DNA of 64,000 bases, the filler included, from Circinaria calcarea (taxonomy: Eukaryota): NCBI GenBank assembly GCA_051942165.1. It is 7 parts of 7 records of this genome, joined end to end, with 100 filler letters (N's around TTAATTAATTAA, not from the genome) between each part and the next. Parts side by side here need not be neighbours in the genome. Positions count along the whole stretch, not along the records: positions 18,345 to 27,412 come from JAVECS010000990.1; positions 27,513 to 36,577 come from JAVECS010000991.1; positions 36,678 to 45,739 come from JAVECS010000992.1; 4 more parts are not named here. One strand, given 5' to 3'. The notes beneath the pieces were generated by a model. That model was not told where the DNA came from. It did no database searches and was given only the letters and a program-made list of their open reading frames with translations. The position numbers were made by a program, and so were the translations under genes. Positions 25,693 through 36,984 of the stretch are shown here, one piece after another; within the stretch, counting starts at the first letter, position 1, and each line of letters begins with the position of its first letter.

Positions 25693-27412
25693 ATGTCAAG
25701 GTCCACGGATATGGCGAATTCCCTATCAATCTCGAATACAATACTGCTCTCCATATTTGTCGCCTTCTTGCTCAGGAAATATGCCTGTTTGTCATCCATG
25801 GGGTTCTCACTTCTTTCAGGAGCGTCCATCATCTTCTTGCTTATCAGTACCGCTCGCGTGATATGGGCTTGTTACATTTACCCTAAATATCGAAGCCCCT
25901 TACGCCATCTCCCAAAACCTCCGGACGAGCCTTCACTCTTCATGGGTCATTTCTGGCAGATGATGGAGGCAGGACCAGGGGATGTTCTCCGTTCGTGGGC
26001 AAACAGCGTGCCGAACCATGGTCTTATTAGATACCTGGACTTTTTCAATTTAGAACGAGTGGCCATCGTTAGTCCAGCCGCGCTGGCCGATGTCCTCGTT
26101 CACAAGTGCTACGACTTTGAGAAGCCACCGCAGCTGCGAAAAGGTATCTCCCGCATCCTGGGTATGGGCCTGTTTCTGGCCGAAGGGGAAGTTCACAAAG
26201 TAAGCAAGCTCAATCGATTTCTACTCAAGCTCCTGTCAATAGTACTCACAGCAATAACAGAAGCAGAGAAAGAATCTTATGCCTGCTTTCGCTTACCGGC
26301 ACGTTAAAAATTTGTACCCGATATTCTGGGACAAATCCAGGGAACTGGTGGCCGAGATCTTGGCATCCACGGACAGTTCGCGCAACGATGGTTCTGGCAA
26401 GGGTATGTGTATCGAAGTCAACGAGTGGGCTAGTAGAGCTACGCTTGACATCATCGGCCAAGGAGGCTTTGGGCAGAGCTTCGGGGCAATCCAGGACCCC
26501 GATAACGCGCTTAGTCGGACGTACCGCAGCATCTTTGTACCGGGTCGTACAGGACAGATACTCGGAGTCCTTGGCTTTCTGATGCCGCAGTGGCTTGTTC
26601 GAAGGTTGCCGTGAGTGGTAGATGGTCTTTCCTAATACTTAAGATAAGGCCAAGGGTTCGCTAATACATCTAAGATAGCTTTCTACGAAACGACAAGATG
26701 AAGCACTCTTCTGACCTCATCCGATCATTCTGCCGCTCTTCGATCAATTCCAAGAGACAAAAACCCAAGATTGAGTTGGAAGGCGAGCTCGATATTCTCA
26801 CTGTTGCAATGGACTCGGGCGCATTTTCGGATGAGGATCTTGTCGATCAAATGATGACCTTCCTCGCAGCAGGTACGCTGACCTGTTCTTCTGGGATAGC
26901 ATGCCCGTTCATGAATCTCTGATGCTCTTGAGCTGACTGCGATGGTCGCCTGGCCCTTGGTGGGCTAGGAACGACCCGCTAGGTCACGAAACTACAGCAT
27001 CAGCCCTCACGTGGGCAATTTATCTTCTAGGAAAGCACCCACAGATACAAGAACATCTCCGCGACGAAGTACAAAGTCAGCTTCCATACCCATTAGGGGA
27101 CCAATCCTCGATCGTGACATCAGAGATCATGGAGAAGATGTCCTACCTTAACGCTGTTTGTCGGGAAGTCCTCAGGCTTTTCCCTCCCGTTGCTGTGACT
27201 ATCCGGATTGCGGTCAAGGATACAGTTATCTGTGGTCAGCCGATTCCCCAAAACACTGTAGTAATGCTACCCCCATGGGCTGTCAACGGAAGTACAGAAT
27301 TATGGGGCTCTGATGCCGCGGATTTTAGGCCAGAGAGATGGCAGCGAAGCGCGAGTGATCCTGCTCCTGACAATAAAAGCACGAATTACAACTTCCTTAC
27401 CTTTCTCCACGG
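25693..27412 (+). CDS. Cytochrome P450, 3'-partial
   Basis: N-terminal anchor, SPLRHLPKPP, GLFLAEGEVHK, MTFLAAG/HETTA (I-helix), EVLR (ExxR), FRPERW. Ends at FLTFLHG, just before the heme Cys. Confidence 0.93.
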
Positions 27413-27512
27413 NNNNNNNNNNNNNNNNNNNNNNNNNNNNNNNNNNNNNNNNNNNNTTAATTAATTAANNNNNNNNNNNNNNNNNNNNNNNNNNNNNNNN
27501 NNNNNNNNNNNN
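27413..27512. other. Artificial contig linker
   Basis: N-run + TTAATTAATTAA + N-run. Confidence 0.98.
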
Positions 27513-27553
27513 CCATTAAATTATTCCGGCCCGCCCCTCCCCACAACCAAACA

Positions 27554-28117
27554 ATGACCGAAACGGAAGACGAAGCTCTCCAAGAAGTAACTTACTCACT
27601 CCGCATGCCCTTCCCTCCCCCGGGGAGTTCCTTCAAGCTACTAAAAAATAACTCAAACAGCGTCTCAAATCCGCCCTCTGGTTCTCCATCGGGAAAATCG
27701 TCGATGAGGAAACCCTCAAACTGGGCGTGAACGCAACGCCCCAATTCATCGGCGCCTTGACCGAGATGGTCTGGACGCAGATTGGTACTTTCCCTTTCCT
27801 TTCCTTTCCTTCCTCTCCCCAAGTAAGGGGTTCAGAGAGCTGTGGAGCTCATGCACCCGGGCACTGTACTGTAGAGAATACGAGTCGAGATCTGGAACGG
27901 TTCTCCAAGTAAGTCGGCCCCGATTGATCGGATGTAAGGGGGAGGTAGGTGGGAATTTAAGGGGTTAATCACATGTGGGTATAGGCATGGTGGACGTCAG
28001 ACGATTTCGGTGGACGATGTGATGCTGCTCTCGAGACGTAACGAGGGCTTAGAGGCAGTACTGAGAGGATTCCTAGATGGGTTGAAGGGGGCCGGGAAGC
28101 TAAGGGCTACAAAATGA
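27554..28117 (+). CDS. MHF1: CENP-S/MHF1 histone-fold protein (multi-exon)
   Basis: RLKSALWFSIGKIVDEE..NATPQFIGALTEMVW / DLERFSK / HGGRQTISVDDVMLLSRRNEGL. Confidence 0.9.
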
Positions 28118-28360
28118 TAATCTCGACAAATGTTGGGATGATCATCATGGACAGTGATAACACTTTTGAAAAAGGAAGCTATTAATACAGAAGTTCATAA
28201 ACAAGCATCAACGCTCCAAACACTATGCAAGCCACAATACAAGCCTTGCAAAGCAATAACGCTCAAGTGCAACAGACAGCCTCCTCCAATGCAATCATTA
28301 ACGTGACCTCATCGCCACATATCACAAAGACAAGTTTAGTCCTTTCCATGGTTGTGCCAG

Positions 28361-29376
28361 TCAATAGTTGGTACGCCCATATGTTGTTTGATTAAAGTCG
28401 TGAGCAATGGTACCTGGCATCGGACCGTGGGGAACTTGACCACCGTGACTTGGAGGCTCGATGTGCGGGTATCCGTTGTTATGAATGTGCGGAGTGTCTT
28501 CTGCAATCAAGTTGGAGTGGTGACCAGTCGGCTGGCCATCATAATTATTGACTAAAGTTGCATGTGTTGGGTCGTGCGTGTATTTGTTACTGTAGCCTGT
28601 GTCTTGGTTGGCTGCAGTAGAACCAGTCATGGCTGTGTCATGAGACGGGCGAATAGTGCTGTTGTGCTGGTTGTGCTTCTCGGTCGCTACAGCACTGCCT
28701 GCTCCCACAGCTCCAAGTTCCATATCGCGAGTATTTTTCTTCTTTCGGCTCCAGAAGGGCTTCTTTCCAGTCGTGGCACTGCCTGAAGTGTAGCCGTTCT
28801 TAGGGCTCGGACCATACCTCTTCTCTTTTTTGTTATGATTGTATAGAAGGTATTGAAGTACCGCAGATAAAGCGAATAATACACTACGAAGGATATTAGC
28901 AAGACTCAACATGTACCAGACCATCCCACTTACGCAGCGGCAATGGCAACGGCGAATACAGCTTTTTGTAGCTTGCACGCGGTGCTCAAGCTGGTTCCTG
29001 CACTTGCCCTGTCCGAGGCTTGACCAGCTCCGAGCGGGGTCGAAACAAATCCGCGACAGCTGTTTGCACCGTTCCTGAGGCGGACGGCAATCGCAATAAA
29101 GCAGCCCACGAAGCAAATATCGAGGATGATGGCCAGGAAGGCGAAGACGGAGATACCCCCGACAAAGCAGGTGAGTAAGACACCAATGATACTGTACAGT
29201 ACCGCTGCGCCCGACATGCCTTCAATCGCCCTCGACCATGGTTCGATGGGTAGATCATTTCTGGAGAGAACCGCGAGGAAGTAGGAAAAAATCCCCAATG
29301 CGACGGCAGAACAGAGGAGCTGCAGGGCTCGAATGAGCGTGGTGTTACCACGAAGAAGGAGGTTGCCAATCGCCAT
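28361..29376 (-). CDS. MARVEL-domain four-TM membrane protein with a long hydrophilic tail
   Basis: IRALQLLCSAVALGIFSY..AILDICFVGCFIAIA..CKLQKAVFAVAI, one intron, then RYGPSPKNGYTSG. Confidence 0.75.
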
Positions 29377-30529
29377 TTCACTGGAATGGAAGAGGCGAAC
29401 TGAAGATGATCAATGGTTACTGAGTAGTAGATTTGAATGATGTCGAAACGGTTGGTGATCTGGAGGTAGGAGAGAATCATATATGGGAAAAAACCCGATA
29501 CGTAATATGTGGCTGTGCGGATGACCTTTTGACTTCTTGGGTTGCATAACTGACGCGGAGCTTGAAAACCTGGTGATCTAAAAGGAAATGCTACGACTGG
29601 CTTGGTGACCTACACTTTCCGATCTTTCCGATCTTCCCCATCTTCCCCCCGGTTGTTGTTTGCTAAAACAAGAAATTGGAGAAAGTGGTACATCACACAA
29701 TCTTGGCTGAATATTGGAAGAATGACGCAGCCTCCGTTTGAAAGGCTGTGGCGTAATTGCACTGATCGGGTTGAGCGGGCAAGCCACTCCACCACTAGAT
29801 GGGTACTGGGAACAGGGAATATAGATGATCTGGAATCATCTTCAAGAGAACTGCACACATCTTTGCTGTAGCGCGCAGTACAAGTACGGTGCCTGTCTCC
29901 ATCTAGCTACTTTGGCCTCTTGCTATGCTGCAAGGGGAGTTTGGTCAAAACATCATTTTGCAAGAGGGTTGTCATGTACTGGAGTCCGGCACCGATAGAT
30001 AACCTTCAGTCAAAAATCGTGAGGACCGGGTGGCAGGCCTACCATGCACGGCAAGTTAACCGTTACCTCTTAGCTAACATGTCGAAATTCTATTAAGAAT
30101 AATTGGTATTGGGAGTGAGCCAAGGACGCTTGCACATTATTCTTCTCTTGTTTTTTGATCAAACGGAAGCATGTGATTCTCGATGATCTAGAACGATGGA
30201 TTTCTCCAACCGCGATCTAGTATGGCCAGATCTCGGCGGGGCTTCCTTGATGCTTACATTTTATCTATCCCAACTTCATGCGCTATCTCACACTCGTATG
30301 CGGTCTCGGAGAATGATAATTCCCTTTGGCAAGAGAAGTTCAACCTATCGATTGGCCGAGAGATGGTCTGGTGCGTATCTGACGCACATTACGGAGTCCG
30401 GAAGTTCTTACGGGTGATGAGGTAGTGACATAATGCAAAGAGCCAGCCCCGCCAGGTACGTCCTCAATCTACACAGCTTTCATTCCACATCATTGGAATA
30501 TCAGACTCCAATCCAGCTTACTCACCACA

Positions 30530-31879
30530 ATGGGCTACCCAGACACTTTCGAAGGCTTTCAGGTCAACTCGACGGAGAAATGGAGTGAGTTCAAGAAACA
30601 AGAGGTGGGGCCGATACCCTGTTGCGCGCATTCTCACAGATCAACGCTGATGCGAGATATAGTTCAAACCAAAGCCATTTGAGGATCAAGACATCGACAT
30701 CAAAATCGTATGTTTCATCAGAAGTGATTTCGATCTGGGACTTTAAGCTGATCAGCCTTCAGGACTGCTGTGGTGTTTGCGGTTCTGATGTTCATTCAAT
30801 CACTGGTGGCTGGGGCGAGATCCCCTTACCGCTTTGCGTTGGCCACGAGGTCATTGGCAAGGCTGTCAAGGTTGGAGATAAGGTCAAGGGGGTCAAGGTC
30901 GGAGATCGCGTTGGTGTGGGCGCTCAGATCTCTGCCTGCTTGGAGTGCAAGGTCTGCAAGTCGGACAACGAGAACTACTGCCCAAAACAAATCGGTAATT
31001 TTGATAAAGGATTGATTTCTTAGGGTATTAGCTCATGTTTTAGACACCTATGCGGCACCATATCCTGATGGGACCATCTCTCAGGGTGGTTACGCCAGCC
31101 ATATCCGAGCACATCAATACTTTGTTTTCCCAATCCCGGAGAACATCCCGTCTGAGGAGGCGGCTCCTATGATGTGTGCTGGTCTAACTGTCTGGAGTCC
31201 CCTGGTACGTGCTGGGACGGGTCCCGGTAAGAAGGTTGCCATTCTGGGAATGTAAGTAGGATTTGGTGGTCCCGCTGAGCATGAATGGCTGATGTTGGAC
31301 AGTGGTGGCCTCGGCCATTTTGCTTTAATGTTCGCCAGCACACTTGGAGCGGAAACATACGCAATCTCTCACTCTCCGGACAAAAAGGAAGATGCCTTGA
31401 AACTCGGAGCTAAAGAGTTTATTTGTACTCAGGAGAAGGATTGGGCCAAACCATGGGCCTTTGAGTTCGATTTCATCCTCAACACCGCCGACATGACCCA
31501 CACGTTTAACCTACAAGAGTTCATGTCTACCCTGGCTGTCAATGGCGAATTCCATAACGTCGGCCTCCCAGATAAGCCTCTTCCTCAGTTGATGGCTCAG
31601 GACTTTGCTCCTAATGGGTCAAAGATTGGTGGGAGCCACATTGGATGTCGGACGGAGGCTTTAGCTATGTTGAAGCACGTTTCGTATGTCGGCCTTAACA
31701 GTTCTTACCCCATTTCTTGCTAATACTTGGACAGTGAGAAAAACATTCACCCAATCATCGAGACAATTGATATCAGCGAGGACGGATGTAAGAAAGCTGT
31801 CGAGAATGTAAAGGTCAATAAGGTGAGATATAGGTACACCTTGGTCAATTATGACAAGGCTTTCCCAGGCCGCGAATGA
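30530..31879 (+). CDS. Zn-binding NADP-dependent alcohol dehydrogenase (Adh6/cinnamyl-ADH family)
   Basis: CGVCGSDVH, GHEVIG, C-x2-C-x2-C-x7-C structural Zn site, APMMCAGLTVWSPL, GGLGH, VRYRYTL. Confidence 0.93.
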
Positions 31880-32792
31880 AATGGAACGAATAGAGAGGCA
31901 TATGCAGGTAGTGATTGATTGGAGAGTTAAGATTCTCATATTGGATGATAGATCCGGAAAAATACCATGTTAGTATACGATATTGATTCATCATATGAGC
32001 CTCATACGGCACATATCTCCATGGCAGTGAATTTCATGTCCAATTCGATTGGGGTTTATTGTGGTTGTTTAGTGCTTTATAGCTACTTGCGGCAGATGAT
32101 TGTACATATGATAACTAACAGGGTCAATGCTAAGAGTGGGTTGCGGGACACCTGAATTAGGGCCGGAAAGGGGACCCATTATTCACTACCTTTTTTCTCA
32201 TGCTGTGGCATTCCTTTATTACACCTGCTCTCACCTCCAAATCATCCCTACCAAGAGAGCTTAGACATTGTATCCTAATTTACACAATTGTTAAGTTCAC
32301 GAAGGTGGGCTTTATTACTTAAACTGAGTGCATATCACCGCTTCGGAATCGATTACGAGCAAAGGAACGCATGGTTCCGTCTTCCAGAGCAATAGACTAA
32401 GGGATAGTACTAGAGGACACCTCACACAGGAATCATAACTCTTCAAACAACTTAAAATTTTGAACTTATCAACGTCGAGTTTGAAAGACTCGCGTTCTAG
32501 GTGGTAGAAACAGAGCACCCCTTATACACTAATTGTTTTGTTTGGTCACGACTTTGCACACCGGCCTCGAGTCTGGATTTAGGGTTCGCAGCGGTAACGT
32601 GCTAGAGTATATATTAGCCCGTAAAGTTAGCGTGATCTTACAAGATCTGATCTGATCTGATATACGTCATTGCGACAGGGTCCTCAGGTCTCGAGGCTTA
32701 ACGACCAAAAACTCCATCCAGACCTTGGACAGCGCGCAGCCCTTTCTTTACCTGTCTCTCATCATTTCTTCCAGCATTCTATCCTTATCTGG

Positions 32793-35406
32793 ATGATTAA
32801 ATATGGCATCTGTCTATGCTTCTTGAGCTTACAATTTGCGCCTTCTCGACATATCAGTGCCTTTCGCTCTTCTTTTCATTTACATCCCATCAGACGATTT
32901 TCTTATTACCCAAATGTTACTTGCATATCACCACACGGAGCCAGAACATCAACTATAGATATCATGGCCAAGGCCAAAAGGAAAAGCGTGTCCTCGTTAG
33001 TGCAAGCTGAGCCGTCGCATCTACATTCCTTCGCCGAGGACTTTCCTGCACCCCCTAAACCTCGCGCAAGCAAACGAATACAATCAATCGAACAAACTCC
33101 AATGATTTTTACGAATCCTGAACAAAATGCTGATATCCTTGATGGAGTCAAAGCACTGCGCGCGTCCCCAGATGCAGAAGAGAAGGATGAAAGATTGGAT
33201 TTTGACAAGCTAGGCATAGATCCGAGCAAGCAAATCAAGGAGGAGGACGACGAGGTACCCTCTTTGGTCGCTGGCGAATCTGATTCATCATTGTCGGAGA
33301 TGTCAGATATAGAATCTCCAACCAAGCGCACAGCTACCAAAGCTTCTGGTCCTGCAACGAAGGTGGTCGGTGACCAAGATAATGCTAAGCCGACAGCAAG
33401 GAAGGCAGTCACCCTGAAGACAAAAAATGAGTGCTTTAAGGAGACGCAATTTTTGGATCCAGAGGCAGACGGTGAAGAAGAAGCCGACGAGGAAGAAATC
33501 CAAGCGGCATTATCTCGGCCACCGCCTGTGAACAGCGATTATTTGCCATTGCCGTGGAAGGGACGGATAGGATATGTGAGTTCCAAACGTCGAATTGATT
33601 TCTTCAGCTGAATATCTAGGCCTGCTTATGTACCTATTTACGCTTCTCAAATCCGCCAGTATTCAGTTCACGTACCTGTCGCATTGCCTCCATCCTAGAA
33701 AACCGACATCCTTTAAAGGACCCAGACCAGCCCCCGCATGCCACTAAGAATAGACCAGACCGAGAGCAACCTGCCAGTATCGCTCGAGGTCAGGCCTATG
33801 TTGAAAGTTTAGGCCTTGCCAATGCTAGGGACGTGATTAAGATGCTTAGATGGAATGATAGATACAACATCAAGTTCATGCGGCTTAGCAGCGAGATGTT
33901 TCCATTTGCAAGTCACTTAGAGTATGGCTATAAACTTGCACCCTTTGCTTCTGAAGTCTTGGCAGAGGTTGGGAAAGTGGCTGCTGAATTAGGTCACCGT
34001 CTGACCACTCATCCCGGCCAAGTTAGTTTATGACCAAAGAATTGAGATATCGAGGATGCTGACCTTGAACCTAGTTTACGCAGCTAGGGTCACCTCGAAA
34101 ACCGGTCATTGAAAATGCCATTCGAGATCTCGATTACCATGCAGAACTACTAAGTTTACTGAAATTGCCACCGCAGGAGGACCGTGATGCTGTGATGATC
34201 CTACATCTTGGCGGGGTATTTGGGGATAAAGCAGCAACGTTGGATCGGTTTAGGGAAAACTATGCTAAACTACCCCAAGGCGTCAAGGACCGGTTGGTAC
34301 TGGAGAATGATGATATGAGTTGGTCTGTTCATGATCTACTACCGCTCTGTGAGGAACTAAATATTCCAATGGTACTGGATTTCCACCACCACAACATCAT
34401 CTTTGACCCGGAGCAAATTCGCGAAGGGACAAAGGACATAATGGATTTGTATCCCCGTATCCTGGCGACATGGAAAAGGAAGAACATTAGACCCAAGATG
34501 CACTATTCAGAGCCTACACCAGCTGCTATAACAGGTTCGCAACGAAGAAAACACAGTCCTCGGGTTGCGACATTACCGCCATGCCCCCCCGACATGGACC
34601 TCATGATCGAAGCCAAAGATAAAGAACAAGCAGTCTTTGAGCTGATGAGAATTTTCAAGCTGCCGGGATACGAAACCTTCAACGACATTATCCCTCACGT
34701 CCGGAAAGACGACAACAAACCTGTTGTTCGCCCTAAAAAGAAAACTCCCCGCAAAAGAGCAAAGAAAGTCAAAAAGGACGAGGATGCATTGGATGCCGCT
34801 GAGGAATTGATGGAGGCTGATGAAGAAGAAGAATTCATCCAAGAAGTCATTCCCGAAGACGATATCGGTATGGGCGGGCCTGAAGGCCGTGTCTACTGGC
34901 CTCCTGGGATGGAAGACTGGCTTCGCCCCGTAAAACGGATAATCAAGAAAAAGGACCCGGCCGAAAAGGAAAACGAGAAGCTCACTCCAGCCAAGAAACG
35001 GAAAGCCGCCGAGGAAGCCGCCGCATCGGCAGTCAAGATGGAAACCGAGGTACATGAAGGGAACCTGGAAGAGGGGGATAGAGTAAGGGCCCCACCGGCA
35101 AACAAGAAGGCGAAAACGGCGCCGACGGGTGGAAGGAAGAGAGCGCCGCCTGCGAAGAGGAATGGTAAGAAGAGTGCACCCGAGCCGGTGCTTTCCGAGG
35201 ATGAGGAAGTCTCGGACGCTCTGCCCAACTTGTCGGAGGAGGAGATGGAGGAGGGGAGTCCGAAGCCGGTAAAGTGCAAAGTGGTAAATGGGAAAGGGAA
35301 CGCGAAAGCAAAGGCGGTGCCTGCCCGGCAAAGTGCAAGAGCAAAGAAAATCAGCTATGCTGAGGCCGAGGTGGATGGGGAGGAAGAGGAGGAAAAGGAG
35401 GAGTGA
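32793..35406 (+). CDS. UVE1: UV-damage endonuclease (UVDE)
   Basis: PPPVNSDYLPLPWKGRIGY/ACL, FMRLSSEMFPFASH, RLTTHPGQ/FTQLGSP, RLVLENDD, VLDFHHH, KMHYSE, DLMIEAKDKEQA. In-frame ATGs at 32793 and 32964. Confidence 0.95.
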
Positions 35407-36577
35407 AAGCGGTAGGGCCGTCAAAGGGGGGTCAGGTATTTCTGAGATGTCTACACTCCCCCTCTCTACCATCCTACCATGCTGTGTATGTGTATATATA
35501 TCGCCCTACATCTCTGCAAGCGTTCACGTAGCATATATGTACTCTTACTCTACAATATACATACCAATCTCCACCCTGGTTCCCTTATATCTACATCCCC
35601 ATCATCCGCCCATGCCTATTTCCGACGACAAACCCTTTGACGCCAAATTCTCAGCCGCGCGATTCAAAGCCGGAGGAGTGTTTAGCACGTGTATCAAAAG
35701 TCAAGCACGCTACGCCAGGGACCCCGTTCACTGTGCCAGTGTTGGGGCTTACGTAAGCCGACCAGTATTTTAGCGAACTTTCTTGCTCTTACCTAGTTAC
35801 ACGAACATGCAGAAAATTCCATGATCCTTGAACGTAGTGCATTGCAGGAATACACCAGGGGCCCTGCCAGCCACCCGCTATTAGCGTGGAGCCAGGGGAG
35901 TCGCTAGGGCGACTCCAAACGTATATACTAAGGCATTGCGCCCACCTTCACATAGCAAGTAATCAAGCGTTCAACCACATCACTTTGACAACGTGCAGGC
36001 CGCCACCCTTTTCTATATCTCCTTTTCCCATTTCCCATTTCCCATTTCCCATTTCCCCTCAACACCACAAATTCTCAAATTCTCAGCGTGCATGTCGCCT
36101 GTCGCTTGTCGATTTCGCTATGGGAATATCGACCTCACCTCTTTCATTATTTGTGTTAGAGGCGAGGAGAGTGGTTAGATTGGTCTGCGGGTAGCGCTTC
36201 TTGTCTTTCCTTTTCTTTTCTATTCCTGTTTATTCTTTTCTTAGATCCGAGTAAGGTAGAAAACGGGAAGGGAGGGGTTCTCCACAAGTATGGCGACTGG
36301 CTCCTGGCGACTGGCTACTGGTTGTGGCCCTTGATTTGGAGTTCATGCGGGGTTAGGACGCTCCTGCTTCCGCTCTTATCTGCTTTTATAGGAAAGAAAG
36401 GAAAGGAAAGGGGGTTTGAGGGGTTTGGAGTTCGAAAGGAGGGGGGTTATACGTCGGTGCTCTGTCTTTGTCTTTTGGGGGGGGGGATCGGCTGGTTTCT
36501 TGTTTCTGTGCCTGGGGTACTCAGGAGCTCTTACTATATTATTATTCAGCTGGTGCGCTGGGGGGTTAGTTTAATAC

Positions 36578-36677
36578 NNNNNNNNNNNNNNNNNNNNNNN
36601 NNNNNNNNNNNNNNNNNNNNNTTAATTAATTAANNNNNNNNNNNNNNNNNNNNNNNNNNNNNNNNNNNNNNNNNNNN
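36578..36677. other. Artificial contig linker
   Basis: N-run + TTAATTAATTAA + N-run. Confidence 0.98.
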
Positions 36678-36896
36678 TACGAAAAAATTAAGGATAAAAC
36701 TAGACGGAGAGTAACATGAGTTATATGAAAGCAACATACGGACATACATGTCAACTATGAAGAATTTAAAAAGTCTTGAAAGAGTGGTACCAAAATAAGG
36801 GAGGAAATTAAGAAAGACGTAACAAGCTCAAAAGAACTTAAATCCTTTAAAAAGATAAAGCGAACTATAGCCTGATTTTTTAATCCTAAGGAATAA
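36678..36896 (+). CDS. Plasmid accessory ORF-L, 5'-partial (code 4, 72 aa), Trp-rich domain
   Basis: YEKIKDKTRRRVTWVIWKQHTDIHVNYEEFKKSWKSGTKIREEIKKDV...WFFNPKE*, with four TGA read as Trp. Homologous to ORF-R. Confidence 0.75.
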
Positions 36897-36917
36897 TTCA
36901 AAACAAAAAAAAAAGTT

Positions 36918-36984
36918 TTTGTCTAGAGACTTTATAATATCTAGTACTGTGTTTTTATAAAATAAATTAAATTAAAAAAAAAAA
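36918..36984 (+). promoter_or_regulatory. Conserved leader or putative promoter of the DNA polymerase gene
   Basis: TTTGTCTAGA..ATCTAGTACTGTGT..A-run-ATG; homologous to the RNA polymerase leader. Confidence 0.6.

Noticed and set aside
34573..35472. 299-aa antisense ORF over UVE1, and similar shadow ORFs over EthD, MET6 and the Cys-rich protein
   Set aside because: Antisense or alternate-frame shadows of well-supported genes with no motifs of their own.
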